Shown: piece by piece, positions 51,905-61,272 of the stretch | How positions within the stretch are numbered: the first letter of the stretch is position 1 | Layout: each line of letters opens with the position of its first letter | Source: Patescibacteria group bacterium | Lineage (GTDB): Bacteria; Patescibacteriota; Microgenomatia; UBA8517 | Assembly (NCBI GenBank): GCA_026416845.1 | Contig: JAOAEL010000006.1 | Coordinates: 390-64,389, forward strand | DNA length: 64,000 bases | Direction of reading: 5' to 3' | Notes under the pieces: model-generated | The model's input: only the letters and a program-made list of their open reading frames with translations | What the model was told of the DNA's origin: nothing | Database searches by the model: none | Program-made: the position numbers and the translations under genes

Positions 51905-52768
51905 ATGATAAAAAACAAGTTATATGAACTCCTTCCTTTATTTGCAGAACATCTTAAAAACAAAGGTCGATCTCTTGCAACAATTTTCGCTTACAAAGCA
52001 GATATTGAACAATTAATAGAGTATCTTAACAAAAATGCAAAAACTACTCCCACACAAGTTACAAAAGAAGACATTGATAATTTCCGCGACACTTTGTTAA
52101 GAAGAAAATATGTTCCAAAATCAGTTTCCAGAAAACTCAATGCAATAAAAACTTTTTTCAAATGGCTACTTGATAACAAGTATATAACTAAAAACGTTTC
52201 TGAATACGTAGAACACCCAAAAGTTAATGTTGAAAAACCCAAGTTCATGAGTCCACTTGAGTACCGCGCTCTTCGGGATGCATCCCGCGATGACGAAAGA
52301 ACTGGAGGAATAATCGAGCTCATACTACAAACAGGACTTAGAATATCCGAAATCAGCAACCTAAAATGCTCAAACATTTCAGATAAAGAAATTTTAATTG
52401 AGGCATACGCAACCCAACCATCAAGAAAAGTACCACTAAATAAAAGGGCTAAAGAAGCAATTGAAAGATATAAAAAAGTCCGCCCCGAAACGAAATATCC
52501 TCATTTTTTCGTAAGCAAAAGTGGCAAACCTTTGGCAGTAAGAAACATCAGAGCATCAATTGATAGATACATGCAAAAAGCTGAAATTCAAAACTTTTCT
52601 GTAAACGATCTAAGAACAACATTTATCGTAGAAAATTTAAAAGCAGGAGTTGATGTGATATTAATATCTCAAGTTTCAGGGCATAAAAGAATTTCAACAA
52701 CTGAAAAATATTTGGAAATTATAGGTATAAAAGATCGTGGCAAAAAACAGGAACTTATTGAGTTATAA
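51905..52768 (+). CDS. tyrosine recombinase (XerC/XerD-like integrase family)
   Basis: N-terminal SAM-like domain (SLATIFAYKADIEQLIEYL), catalytic-domain boxes LRISEISNL, NDLRTTF, SGHKRISTTEKYLEI (Tyr); both box II His residues are replaced (N, T). Confidence 0.75.
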   Translation: MIKNKLYELLPLFAEHLKNKGRSLATIFAYKADIEQLIEYLNKNAKTTPTQVTKEDIDNFRDTLLRRKYVPKSVSRKLNAIKTFFKWLLDNKYITKNVSEYVEHPKVNVEKPKFMSPLEYRALRDASRDDERTGGIIELILQTGLRISEISNLKCSNISDKEILIEAYATQPSRKVPLNKRAKEAIERYKKVRPETKYPHFFVSKSGKPLAVRNIRASIDRYMQKAEIQNFSVNDLRTTFIVENLKAGVDVILISQVSGHKRISTTEKYLEIIGIKDRGKKQELIEL

Positions 52769-53390
52769 TTTAAGACAGAAAAGTAAGAAGAATGTTTTTA
52801 GCTTCCAACCAAAATTAGCTTTTTAAATAAACCTTAACTCTCTAAGAGACAAAACCCAAACAACACATTCACCTGTTACCAAAGATAAAGCTAATACTTT
52901 ACAAGAAATCAAGATACGATAACACTACACCCTCTTTTTTTCAAAAACAACACCCAAAGACTCAGTGTAAAGCTTATATTAAACTACCACACGACTCTTT
53001 ATTAATCCTTAGGTAACAGAGGATACCTATTGGTCTCATGTCCCCTAAATTTCTCACTAAAAGTTACATAAGAAACTACCAATTCACCCTCTTTTTTAGG
53101 TTCAACTTGGGCACAATTTTCCACTGAAAATCTATCTTTTACCAACATCTCCAAACTCCTAGACATTCTAGCTCACCTCCTTTTTTACATCCTGTAGACC
53201 TGAGAAAAAGATCTTTATTGTTGAGTTGTTAGCTGTAGTGTAGCAAACGAACGCGTTTTCCGTTAATAATCACCATGACAAATAACTATCGTCCGTGAAG
53301 AGCAATTATATCAGCCTTTGCTTGTTTCCTATTAATCTCAACCCGCTAAAGCGCCAAAATCACTCAACAAAGATATGTAACTGACGACAC

Positions 53391-54760
53391 CTAACAACAC
53401 CGTATGTACTGCAAATTAGACAACCCTCTTTTTGTATTCTCATTTGTCAAATACAAATTGTAAAATAACGTGTAACTCAAACCTTCTCGATCTTCGCCTG
53501 GCACAAAACATACACATACAATTCCAAAACTAAACACACAAGATAACTTTCCTCTCAAGAGGAGAGTTCCAAAGGTGACTTCAAGTCTTTTCCTACTAGT
53601 CAAAACTAATCTTTCTGCCAAATCACAATACTTTTTATCAACATCATAGGAAACATATTTTCTGCTCGTTTTTATAGCCGCTATGCAAGTAGTCCCACTG
53701 CCAGCAAATGGATCTAGAACAATTTCATCTTCAAAAGTATAAAGTTGTATCAATAGTGCCTTTTTTTCTTGTGAGGATTTAATCTGGTAAATGTGCTTTT
53801 ACAAAACACAAGAATGTATTCATGGACATCGCGTAAAACTGGATTGTTAGCCTTTAAGTATGTCCCCCAAGCTGTTGAAAAACTAGCTCTACTGCCTTTG
53901 TTCCAAATAATTTATCCCTTCATTAAAAAACCAATGTTGTGCATATCTTCAATTATGTAGCTATGTAATGGTAAGTAAGGCTTCCTGCCAAGATTGGTTA
54001 TATTTACGCAATCTCTACTACCGAGGGATGAATAAATGTTTTTTTAAAAACGCTTTTTAATAGTTCTCTGTATTCATCAAGAGACAGATTTTCATCATAC
54101 TCTTTGCCTACATTATAGAGCGGCGAAGTAACCATTAGTGCACATTGTTATCTGGAAGCTCTGACATGGGTTGGCTACTTTTGCAAAAAATTTTATTTAT
54201 ATTTTGAGGATCAATTTGATTTTCTACATATTCAACATCTTTGACAATGCTTAAACCTTGATAAAGTTTGCTGTTATAAAACCTATAAAAATCATGACTT
54301 ATGTAACCCGGCGTACCAAAAGCGATTGTCTGTATTCCATTTTTCCTAAGATTGCTCAAATTTCGTTTTGCCATGCTTTCTGTTATCTAGATTCACGTAA
54401 TAACTGTAAAAATTTCTGTGCCTTTTCCTCGTAAGTAACTTCCTTATTTGCTAATTCAATAATTTCCCCCAGCTCTTTTTTGTTTTGGATACTAGAAAAA
54501 AACTCCCTCTCTTCTCTCAAAAGATTTACAGCGCTTTCTTGCAACTTTCCATACAAGTCAAATTTACAAAAACCTCCAAATGGGGTTTCCTTTATGCTTC
54601 CGCCATTATTATCCAAAGATCGTGGATTAATAGACCAAAATCCCTGAATAATTCCGCTTCTCTTTAAATGGTCTACTTTACCATAATAGCTTTTAGTAAT
54701 TGGAGTGTTACCAACAACAATAAAAGGAGTTTTTGCTTTGCAATGCTGTTTTATCACCAA
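53391..54760 (-). pseudogene. N6/N4 DNA methyltransferase (beta class) decayed into several out-of-frame fragments
   Basis: 53391..53753 encodes the C-terminal motif I LDPFAGSGTTCIAAIKTSRKYVSYD. A different frame just upstream encodes IIWNKGSRASFSTAWGTYLKANNPVLRDVHEYILVFCKS, and a third GRKPYLPLHSYIIEDMHNIGF. ORFs 54135..54374 and 54383..54760 may be N-terminal remnants. Confidence 0.55.
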
Positions 54761-55282
54761 AATAATTCTTAGACCAGTAGGCTAAGCATCTTTTTTTCCT
54801 TGGTAATATAAAAAGCTGTTCAGGAGCTAAAAAATCTAAAGATTTGATAAAAAATTTTTTTGTAATCTTGATTCCAAAGCTTTGCCATAAAATCATTCTA
54901 ATAATTTTTAATTATTTAAAAATTAACAACAACTAAAAAATTTATTTAAGTAAACAATCCTAAATTAGGAATTAGTTAAAAACTAATCCTATTTTTGGAA
55001 ATAATCATTAGATACATCAAAGCATGCTTGAGAAATTTACAACATTAATTCTTCTAGTTTGTTTTATATTAGCAAGTTCAACAAAGTTTAATGCTTTAAT
55101 TTGATCAATACAGTTTTATTCTGTATTTAAAAAATTTGCAAAAATAAAGCAATAATTCCTCTTTAGATTATTAAACATAAAATTAATCAAAACAAAATAT
55201 TGCTAAAGTTTTATCTTACTTCGTAAAATTTACCAGCCACCAACTTTATTTTTGCTTTTATTAATGTTATAGTCTCTCTGCA

Positions 55283-56356
55283 ATGAGAATTGATAACGAT
55301 GTAAAGCTTGATTATTGTGATGTTTTGCTCCGCCCCAAAAGAAGCACATTAACAAGTCGAAAAGATGTTGTACTAGAAAGAACATTCAAATTTTACCATT
55401 CTAAAAAAACATGGACAGGTGTTCCAATAATGACTGCCAATATGGCAACCTGTGGAACTTTTGAAATGGCCAAAATTCTATCTGAACACAAAATAATTAC
55501 AACTTTTCATAAATATTACGAAATCGAGGAATATAAAAAATTCTTTTTAGAATTTGACAATCCGGATTATATTGTCTACACCACAGGGATTCGCGATGAA
55601 GACTTTGCAAAAATTGCTAAGATGAAAAAGGCTAAACTAATGAATAAGTTTAGTTTCATTTGTGTTGACGTCCCTAACGGATACCTTGAAAGATTTGTCG
55701 AAAGCATAATAAGAATACGTAATGAATTTCCTGATCATATAATTATTGCTGGAAACGTGGTCACAAATGAAATGACTGAAGAAATAATTTTATCAGGTGC
55801 GGATATCGTAAAGGTTGGAATTGGCTCAGGAGCCGCTTGTACTACAAGGAAAATGACCGGAGTTGGATATCCGCAATTATCTGCGGTAATTGAATGCGCA
55901 GACGCGGCTCATGGAATATCAAACACGCAAGGTTACGGTTTAATAATTGCCGACGGTGGGCAACAGTATCCCTCCTGTGTCGCCAAAGCTTTCTGCGCAG
56001 GAGCTGATTTCAACATGATGGGATCAATGTTTTCTGGTTTTGAAGAAAGCGGTGGAGAAACCGTCATTAAAAATGGCAAAAAATATAAGGAATATTTCGG
56101 ATCATCTTCAAACCACGCGCTAAAAAAATTCTATGGCAAAAAAGATTTTCATCGCGCTTCAGAAGGCCGTTACACTTTAATTCCTCACAAAGGTTCAATA
56201 AATGATTTTTTGCAAGACTTGTTTGGTTCTTTAAGAAGTACTGGCACATACATAGGGGCACGATCTTTAAAAGAGTTCTCAAAGAGAGCTACTTTTGTAC
56301 GCGTTAATCGACAATTGGCCACACATCTTGAAAAATATGACATCGAAAATCAGTAA
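55283..56356 (+). CDS. guaC: GMP reductase
   Basis: N-terminus MRIDNDVKLDYCDVLLRPKRSTL, catalytic-Cys loop GIGSGAACTTR, 357 aa without a CBS insert (GuaC rather than IMPDH). Confidence 0.8.
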   Translation: MRIDNDVKLDYCDVLLRPKRSTLTSRKDVVLERTFKFYHSKKTWTGVPIMTANMATCGTFEMAKILSEHKIITTFHKYYEIEEYKKFFLEFDNPDYIVYTTGIRDEDFAKIAKMKKAKLMNKFSFICVDVPNGYLERFVESIIRIRNEFPDHIIIAGNVVTNEMTEEIILSGADIVKVGIGSGAACTTRKMTGVGYPQLSAVIECADAAHGISNTQGYGLIIADGGQQYPSCVAKAFCAGADFNMMGSMFSGFEESGGETVIKNGKKYKEYFGSSSNHALKKFYGKKDFHRASEGRYTLIPHKGSINDFLQDLFGSLRSTGTYIGARSLKEFSKRATFVRVNRQLATHLEKYDIENQ

Positions 56357-56359
56357 ATT

Positions 56360-57046
56360 TTAATGCGCGATCGCAACTCCCCACACTGATTTTGCTCCAT
56401 TTATCTTAAGAACTTTACCAATTTCCCTTAGTGTGGCTCCTGTTGTAACAACATCATCGACTAAAATTATGTTCCTTCCATAAATTCCCTTTTGATCTAA
56501 AACTTTATAAATGTTTTTTGCATTTTTTAACCTTTCAGTACGGCTAAGCCGTGCTTGTACCTTGTGATCTTTTATTTTTACTATCAAACCAATTTTGTGT
56601 TCATACTCAATAAATTTCGCTAACTCTTTGGCCAAAATTTCACTTTGATTAAATCCTCTCCAATTCTCGCGTTTCTTGTAAAGAGGAACAGGAATAATTA
56701 AAGAGTTATCTGGAAACAAAAATGATATTTCAAGTAAACGAATCACAACCATTTTTGCAAGTTCAAAAGCAATATCATAAGCAAACTTATATTTCAAAGA
56801 AGTTAAGGCTTTCTTTATGGCGCCTTCGTAAACATAAGCGATTGTAAACCCATCTAAAGAAAATTTTTTCTGACATCTAAAATGTGTTTTGCCATCAACC
56901 GAAGGTCTAAAACATTCAATACATATTTGCTTTTGAACAAGTAAACTTTGCGCGCAAATTTTACAAAAATAATTCCCTAAAGCGCCACAACCAAAACATT
57001 TTTTCGGAAAAAGAAAGTCAATTATATTCATTTCTAAAGTGTACAA
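56360..57046 (-). CDS. comF: ComF family protein (phosphoribosyltransferase domain with N-terminal zinc finger)
   Basis: CFGCG…CKIC…CIEC Zn-finger and PRTase motif IILVDDVVTTGAT. Confidence 0.8.
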   Translation of the reverse strand: MYTLEMNIIDFLFPKKCFGCGALGNYFCKICAQSLLVQKQICIECFRPSVDGKTHFRCQKKFSLDGFTIAYVYEGAIKKALTSLKYKFAYDIAFELAKMVVIRLLEISFLFPDNSLIIPVPLYKKRENWRGFNQSEILAKELAKFIEYEHKIGLIVKIKDHKVQARLSRTERLKNAKNIYKVLDQKGIYGRNIILVDDVVTTGATLREIGKVLKINGAKSVWGVAIAH

Positions 57047-57057
57047 TACAACTTAAT

Positions 57058-57492
57058 ATGGAAATAATAAATAAAAAAGCGGGATTGAACTTTTTCCTTA
57101 AAGAACGCATAGAGGCAGGGATTGTTCTGTCCGGAGCTGAAGCTCAAGCTGTAAGAAATGGCAGAATAGATCTGAGCAATTCCTATGTCAAAATAATCAA
57201 AGGAGAAGCTTATCTTATAAACGCAAACATTCCAATTACAAATGCGATAAATTACACATCGACAAGATCCAGAAAACTTTTACTGCACAAATCCCAAATT
57301 GTCTCTTTGCATACTAAAACAACAACTCAACATCTAGCATTAATACCAACAAAAGTGTATAATAAGGGACATCTGATCAAACTTCAAATTGCTTTGGCAA
57401 AGGGCAAGAAAAAGTTTGAGAAGAAAAAAGCACTAAAGCTTCGCGATCAAAATCGCGAGGCTCAGGAAGATTTAAAAATAAAGCTTAAATAA
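57058..57492 (+). CDS. smpB: SsrA-binding protein
   Basis: FFLKERIEAGIVLSGAEAQAVRNGRIDLSNSYVKI…TRSRKLLLHK matches SmpB throughout; 144 aa. Confidence 0.9.
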   Translation: MEIINKKAGLNFFLKERIEAGIVLSGAEAQAVRNGRIDLSNSYVKIIKGEAYLINANIPITNAINYTSTRSRKLLLHKSQIVSLHTKTTTQHLALIPTKVYNKGHLIKLQIALAKGKKKFEKKKALKLRDQNREAQEDLKIKLK

Positions 57493-57527
57493 TTACTTGC
57501 TAATTTTAATTTTTATTTCAAAAACAA

Positions 57528-57942
57528 GGGGACGATTTACGGCACTCGACAAATTAGCACATTAAAAACCGCAAGCCGATTTTGATTTGTTATCGTAAAA
57601 AACAAATTAAAAAATCAAACGACAGTGAAACAACTGATCGTTCAGATTATGATGCTCTTGCGTGGGCAACACTCTGTGGAAACAGAGCAAATTCTTGCGC
57701 TTACGCTTTTGCATAATCTGATATCCTTTCGCTTTGTCTTCAAGAAAGTGAAACGGGTATAAACCAACTTGAAGTGCTTTACTAGTACATTGCTATAAAC
57801 TAGTAAATAAGAAATTAGCATTACTTTTATTGATATCTGTCTATCGATACGCAATAAAAGGAAACCAAAAACGATAGACTAAGCTTGTAGTAAGTTTTTA
57901 ATATGACTTTTTTGGAAGAGGGTTCGACTCCCTCCGTCTCCA
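57528..57942 (+). ncRNA. ssrA: tmRNA (ssrA)
   Basis: Begins 35 nt after smpB. The 5' end GGGGACGATTTACGGCACTCGAC and 3' end GGAAGAGGGTTCGACTCCCTCCGTCTCCA form a tRNA-like acceptor (GGGGACG/CGTCTCC) and T-arm; internal ORF ends …GCA AAT TCT TGC GCT TAC GCT TTT GCA TAA (candidate tag …ANSCAYAFA). Confidence 0.7.
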
Positions 57943-58366
57943 CACAAAAAATAGTTTTTTAATTTTTGTTGTATTTATTTTGCATCTAAAAAGACTTTTC
58001 TATAATTAACTTAATTAACCAAAAATCAAAAAATTATATTTAAGCTTAGTTTATGTAACACCCATGATTCAAAAGAGAAAAATAATCATAAAAGTTGAAA
58101 ATTTGTTATAATTTGGCAATATCAAAAAGAAAATTTTCTAACAAAATTGTTTAGTAATTTTTTCAAAAACACATATTAAATCACAAAAACAATAAATTCT
58201 AAAGTTTTTTCTACATATTTAATAATTAGAGAACTTGAGGTAAATTTAACAAAAAGTAAATTGATCAAGTAGCCTATTTTTGAGGTAAAACATACTAAAA
58301 CATACTAATAAAAGCACATCAAACATGCAAAAATTCAACAGTAAAATACAAAAATTACAAAATAAG

Positions 58367-60238
58367 CTATTCCACCAAGTGTTCTAAATCAAAAAATAAC
58401 AATTTTTCGCCTAATAACAAAAAAGCTTTTCTTTCTTTTTCAAAAACTGCAAAATCAATGGCATCTTTGATTTGTTCTGAAACATATTGCGCTATAAATT
58501 TTCCATCCTTTGAAACAAAAATCACCCTACCAACTAACTTGTCTAAAATGCAAAAAGACTGAGAATCATAACTTGTATAAATACGACTTATTTCTTCTAT
58601 ATTTGGTGAAACACCAACTAATTTAAATGGTTGTACTAAACCATTATACATTTTAGTAATATTAGATTTCTCTGAAAGAATCCATATAAACCCATCTACA
58701 ATCATTTGTTTAGCTTCCCGAAAATTAACATCAGCATTTTGTCTTAACCAAGATTGATTGCTAACATACTTGCCACTATAATCAGCAGAAATACGCAAGA
58801 TTTGATTTTTTCTTTTCGCCAAATAAAAATTTGCGGCATAAGAATAAAAAAGATCATCTTCTTCAAAATTACCTTCATACAAAAAACTAACATCTCCTAA
58901 TTGTTTAATTCCATTTTTGTAAAAAAAATAAACTTTGTTTGTATACACATTAACATCTAAAGCCTCCGAAAGAATTGCAGGCCCAACTAAAATCTCAGAT
59001 CTTTTTGAAGAAACAACAACTTTGGCAAGTTTTGCATTGTTTTTGTCCCAAATATATAAGGATCCATCAGACAATATTAGCTTGTTTCCATAAAAATTTG
59101 AAGACAAAAGAGTAAGATCTATAAATTGAGATGGATTAACTTGATATTCCTTCAATAACTCTTTCCTGTTTTCTTCTATCATCTCCAATAACAACAAAAC
59201 TTTTTCGTTTTGTCTATTTTCATTTGCCAAACCAAGAACTTTATCTTTGGCTCTAACAAAAATTTCTCTAGCACCTTCAGGAGCAAAATTAGCCAATTCA
59301 ATAGCTTGTATAATTTCTTTTTCAACTTCTTTGGTCTTTGATTCCAAAACTGCTTTTTTTTGATTTTCTTGATTTCTCCAAAAACCTAAAACAGCGCTAA
59401 AAATCAAAACAAACAAACAAAAAACACCAACTAAAAGAGAAAATGATTGATTTTTTTCTATTTGCTTAGAAACATTGTGTGATTTAACAACAATACTTTT
59501 AAATCTATTATAATTGTTATCAACAAAAACTGATTCAACAACTTTTTTTCTTGATACAAAATTTTTAAGATTCAAGAAAAAAAAATTATAATTAGCGAGC
59601 AATCTAGGGAAAATGAATCTAGCTCTATTGAAATTCATATTTGAAAACAAACCAAACCCTAAACCAGCTAAATTTTTATTAAAACTATTTGAAAAACCAA
59701 TACATTCATACACAACTCCACTTCCACAAAAATTTGAAAAATCACCCTCACAATAATTAAAAACTTTTCGTTTGAGTATAAATTTAACTTGATCACTCAA
59801 CAAAAAAACCTCTGAAGTGCCAAATAACAAAATATCTCCTTGCATTATTTTCCCTTTAATTGCTTGAATTCTAGAACTTTGACTGCTCAATAACACTCCA
59901 TAGCTATCTCCACGCAAAATTGAAAATCCAATATTAGGACTAACAAAACACGTTATGTCATTTCCACAAACTACCATAACCGAAAACAAAAACCCCTTAT
60001 TTTGTCGCAAAAAATTCAACAAAATCATATAAATCAGTTCCTCTAATTCTTCTTTATTTGAACTTTGCAAAATCTCAAACAAAAACTTTTGAGCTTTTAA
60101 TTTCGGTTGAAGCAAACTATCCTTAAAGTAAAAAAATATTTGAATATTTTTTAAATTAATTTTACCAATATAAACATCATCTATTGTTTTTTTTATATTA
60201 AGATGGAGCTGGGCAGTTGATATTATAGCGGTCTTCAT
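58367..60238 (-). CDS. large hypothetical membrane protein (cytoplasmic N-domain, one central TM helix, extracytoplasmic C-domain)
   Basis: 623 aa; central hydrophobic segment FSLLVGVFCLFVLIFSAVLGFW; last gene of a 4-gene overlapping operon. Confidence 0.55.
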   Translation of the reverse strand: MKTAIISTAQLHLNIKKTIDDVYIGKINLKNIQIFFYFKDSLLQPKLKAQKFLFEILQSSNKEELEELIYMILLNFLRQNKGFLFSVMVVCGNDITCFVSPNIGFSILRGDSYGVLLSSQSSRIQAIKGKIMQGDILLFGTSEVFLLSDQVKFILKRKVFNYCEGDFSNFCGSGVVYECIGFSNSFNKNLAGLGFGLFSNMNFNRARFIFPRLLANYNFFFLNLKNFVSRKKVVESVFVDNNYNRFKSIVVKSHNVSKQIEKNQSFSLLVGVFCLFVLIFSAVLGFWRNQENQKKAVLESKTKEVEKEIIQAIELANFAPEGAREIFVRAKDKVLGLANENRQNEKVLLLLEMIEENRKELLKEYQVNPSQFIDLTLLSSNFYGNKLILSDGSLYIWDKNNAKLAKVVVSSKRSEILVGPAILSEALDVNVYTNKVYFFYKNGIKQLGDVSFLYEGNFEEDDLFYSYAANFYLAKRKNQILRISADYSGKYVSNQSWLRQNADVNFREAKQMIVDGFIWILSEKSNITKMYNGLVQPFKLVGVSPNIEEISRIYTSYDSQSFCILDKLVGRVIFVSKDGKFIAQYVSEQIKDAIDFAVFEKERKAFLLLGEKLLFFDLEHLVE

Positions 60239-60259
60239 TAAACTCTCATTCTGTTATTC

Positions 60260-60487
60260 TTACAAAAGCAAAAAAGAAAAAACAAAAACAAAAACCGCAA
60301 AGCAAAAATGCCCAATCGCTATAATATTCATGATAAAACTAATTCCTACATCCAATGTTTCATTCATATTTATAATTTGCTTTATAACAACACCAGAAAA
60401 TACTATATATATAATCAAAAAAAGCAAAACGATAATTTTTGCCAAAAACCAAATATTTAAACCGGCAAATTCAAATCCTTGAATCAT
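60260..60487 (-). CDS. small membrane protein (75 aa)
   Basis: Two hydrophobic helices; 4-nt overlap with upstream gene. Confidence 0.35.
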   Translation of the reverse strand: MIQGFEFAGLNIWFLAKIIVLLFLIIYIVFSGVVIKQIINMNETLDVGISFIMNIIAIGHFCFAVFVFVFSFLLL

Positions 60488-61272
60488 CTTATTCTTCCTT
60501 CTAGTTTTTCTTGTTCTTCTTCCAATCGCAATTCACGCAATATCTTGGCAACATCGTCAGGTCTTGGAACAGCTTCAAATCTTATTCTTGGAACTTCCCC
60601 AGCTGTTTGAATTACTACATCACCAAAATTAAAAAAAGTTCTCCAAACACCGCTCATCTCCACAGTAACATCTTGAATTTGATCAATATTTGCATCCGTA
60701 ATCTCTCTATAAACTAAATTAACAAAATCAACTTCAAGAATTCTTTCATCAGTAATAATATTCACATTATAAAACCAACTCAAAAACTCTTCCAACACAA
60801 ACGCTAAAGTTATCATATACCAAACCACAAACAAAACAAATTTAAATTCCCAAGGAACAATTTCAATAAAGCCGAAAAATGAGACAAAAATCGGCGCTAA
60901 AAACATAAGCAAAGCAGTAAAAATCCAAGGAATATTTGTAAAAGGATGTTTTCTTAAAAGCAAAATCACTTTTTCCTGACTGTCTTTGTGATAAAAATTA
61001 ACATTTTTTGGATTAATACAATAAGAAGAAAACACTCGACTGTTAGAATCTGCATTGCTTTCAAATTTGAAAGGTTGAAAAGCTTTTTTCGATTGTCTGT
61101 TTTGTTGAGCCTCTGAATCCAGTGTATCAATTAAATCATTTTCAGAAGATTCTTTAGTATCATTTTCGGAATGAATATTTGAAATAAGTTTAGAATCATT
61201 CTTTTCTGCATTATATATTTCAGGCATCTTAAGCAAATTGTAACATAAGACTTGCTTATGGTAAAAAATCAC
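60484..61272 (-). CDS. membrane protein with bacterial PH (bPH_2/DUF304, YdbS/YdbT-like) domain
   Basis: Two TM helices followed by ITDERILEVDF…DVVIQTAGE…IRFEAVPRPDDV pattern typical of the membrane-flanked DUF304. Confidence 0.55.
   Translation of the reverse strand: MIFYHKQVLCYNLLKMPEIYNAEKNDSKLISNIHSENDTKESSENDLIDTLDSEAQQNRQSKKAFQPFKFESNADSNSRVFSSYCINPKNVNFYHKDSQEKVILLLRKHPFTNIPWIFTALLMFLAPIFVSFFGFIEIVPWEFKFVLFVVWYMITLAFVLEEFLSWFYNVNIITDERILEVDFVNLVYREITDANIDQIQDVTVEMSGVWRTFFNFGDVVIQTAGEVPRIRFEAVPRPDDVAKILRELRLEEEQEKLEGRIR

Noticed and set aside
51991-52377. 128-aa minus-strand ORF inside the recombinase gene
   Set aside because: Antisense to recombinase with conserved catalytic boxes.
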